Below, piece by piece: positions 63,916-64,000 of a stretch of 64,000 nt of DNA. How positions within the stretch are numbered: position 1 is the first letter of the stretch; each line of letters begins with the position of its first letter. Below the pieces are notes generated by a model. It made no database searches, was not told the origin of the DNA, and was given only the letters and a program-made list of their open reading frames with translations. A program made the position numbers and the translations under genes. This DNA is from Podarcis liolepis (lineage: Eukaryota), in NCBI GenBank assembly GCA_965112155.1, contig OZ218103.1; one strand, given 5' to 3'.

Positions 63916-64000
63916 TACTTGTATGTAGACCATCGTTGGGTGAATTTGAAGGAAGCAGCCGTGGACAGGGCTGAAATAAGCTATCATTGCTGGGCTCATC

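Overview
Eukaryotic (vertebrate) genomic DNA, most likely from a squamate and probably a lacertid lizard, judged from a Sauria SINE, Bov-B copies and the MITE set. The only protein-coding gene I can reconstruct is tetraspanin-2 (TSPAN2) on the + strand. Coding exons 2-8 lie at 16781-51068, all with GT-AG boundaries, and give 199 codons plus a stop. Exon 1 was not found and is presumably upstream of the window. Intron 2 is about 28 kb. About 6 kb of repeat-free sequence follows the stop codon and is a probable long 3' UTR. A CpG-island promoter and first exon of a second, unidentified + strand gene lie at about 61.7-62.0 kb. The rest is intronic or intergenic DNA dense in transposons: Bov-B, L2 and CR1 LINE fragments, several SINEs, a solo LTR, and many Tc1/mariner, hAT and Harbinger-type MITEs with intact target-site duplications. 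The most unusual object is a 1.3-kb AT-rich, CpG-retaining pogo/Fot1-like element in intron 2 (19691-21012). It keeps a frameshifted transposase C-terminus resembling arthropod elements and is a candidate horizontal transfer. Nearly all ORFs in the supplied track are spurious. I found no evidence of a wholly new biological system.
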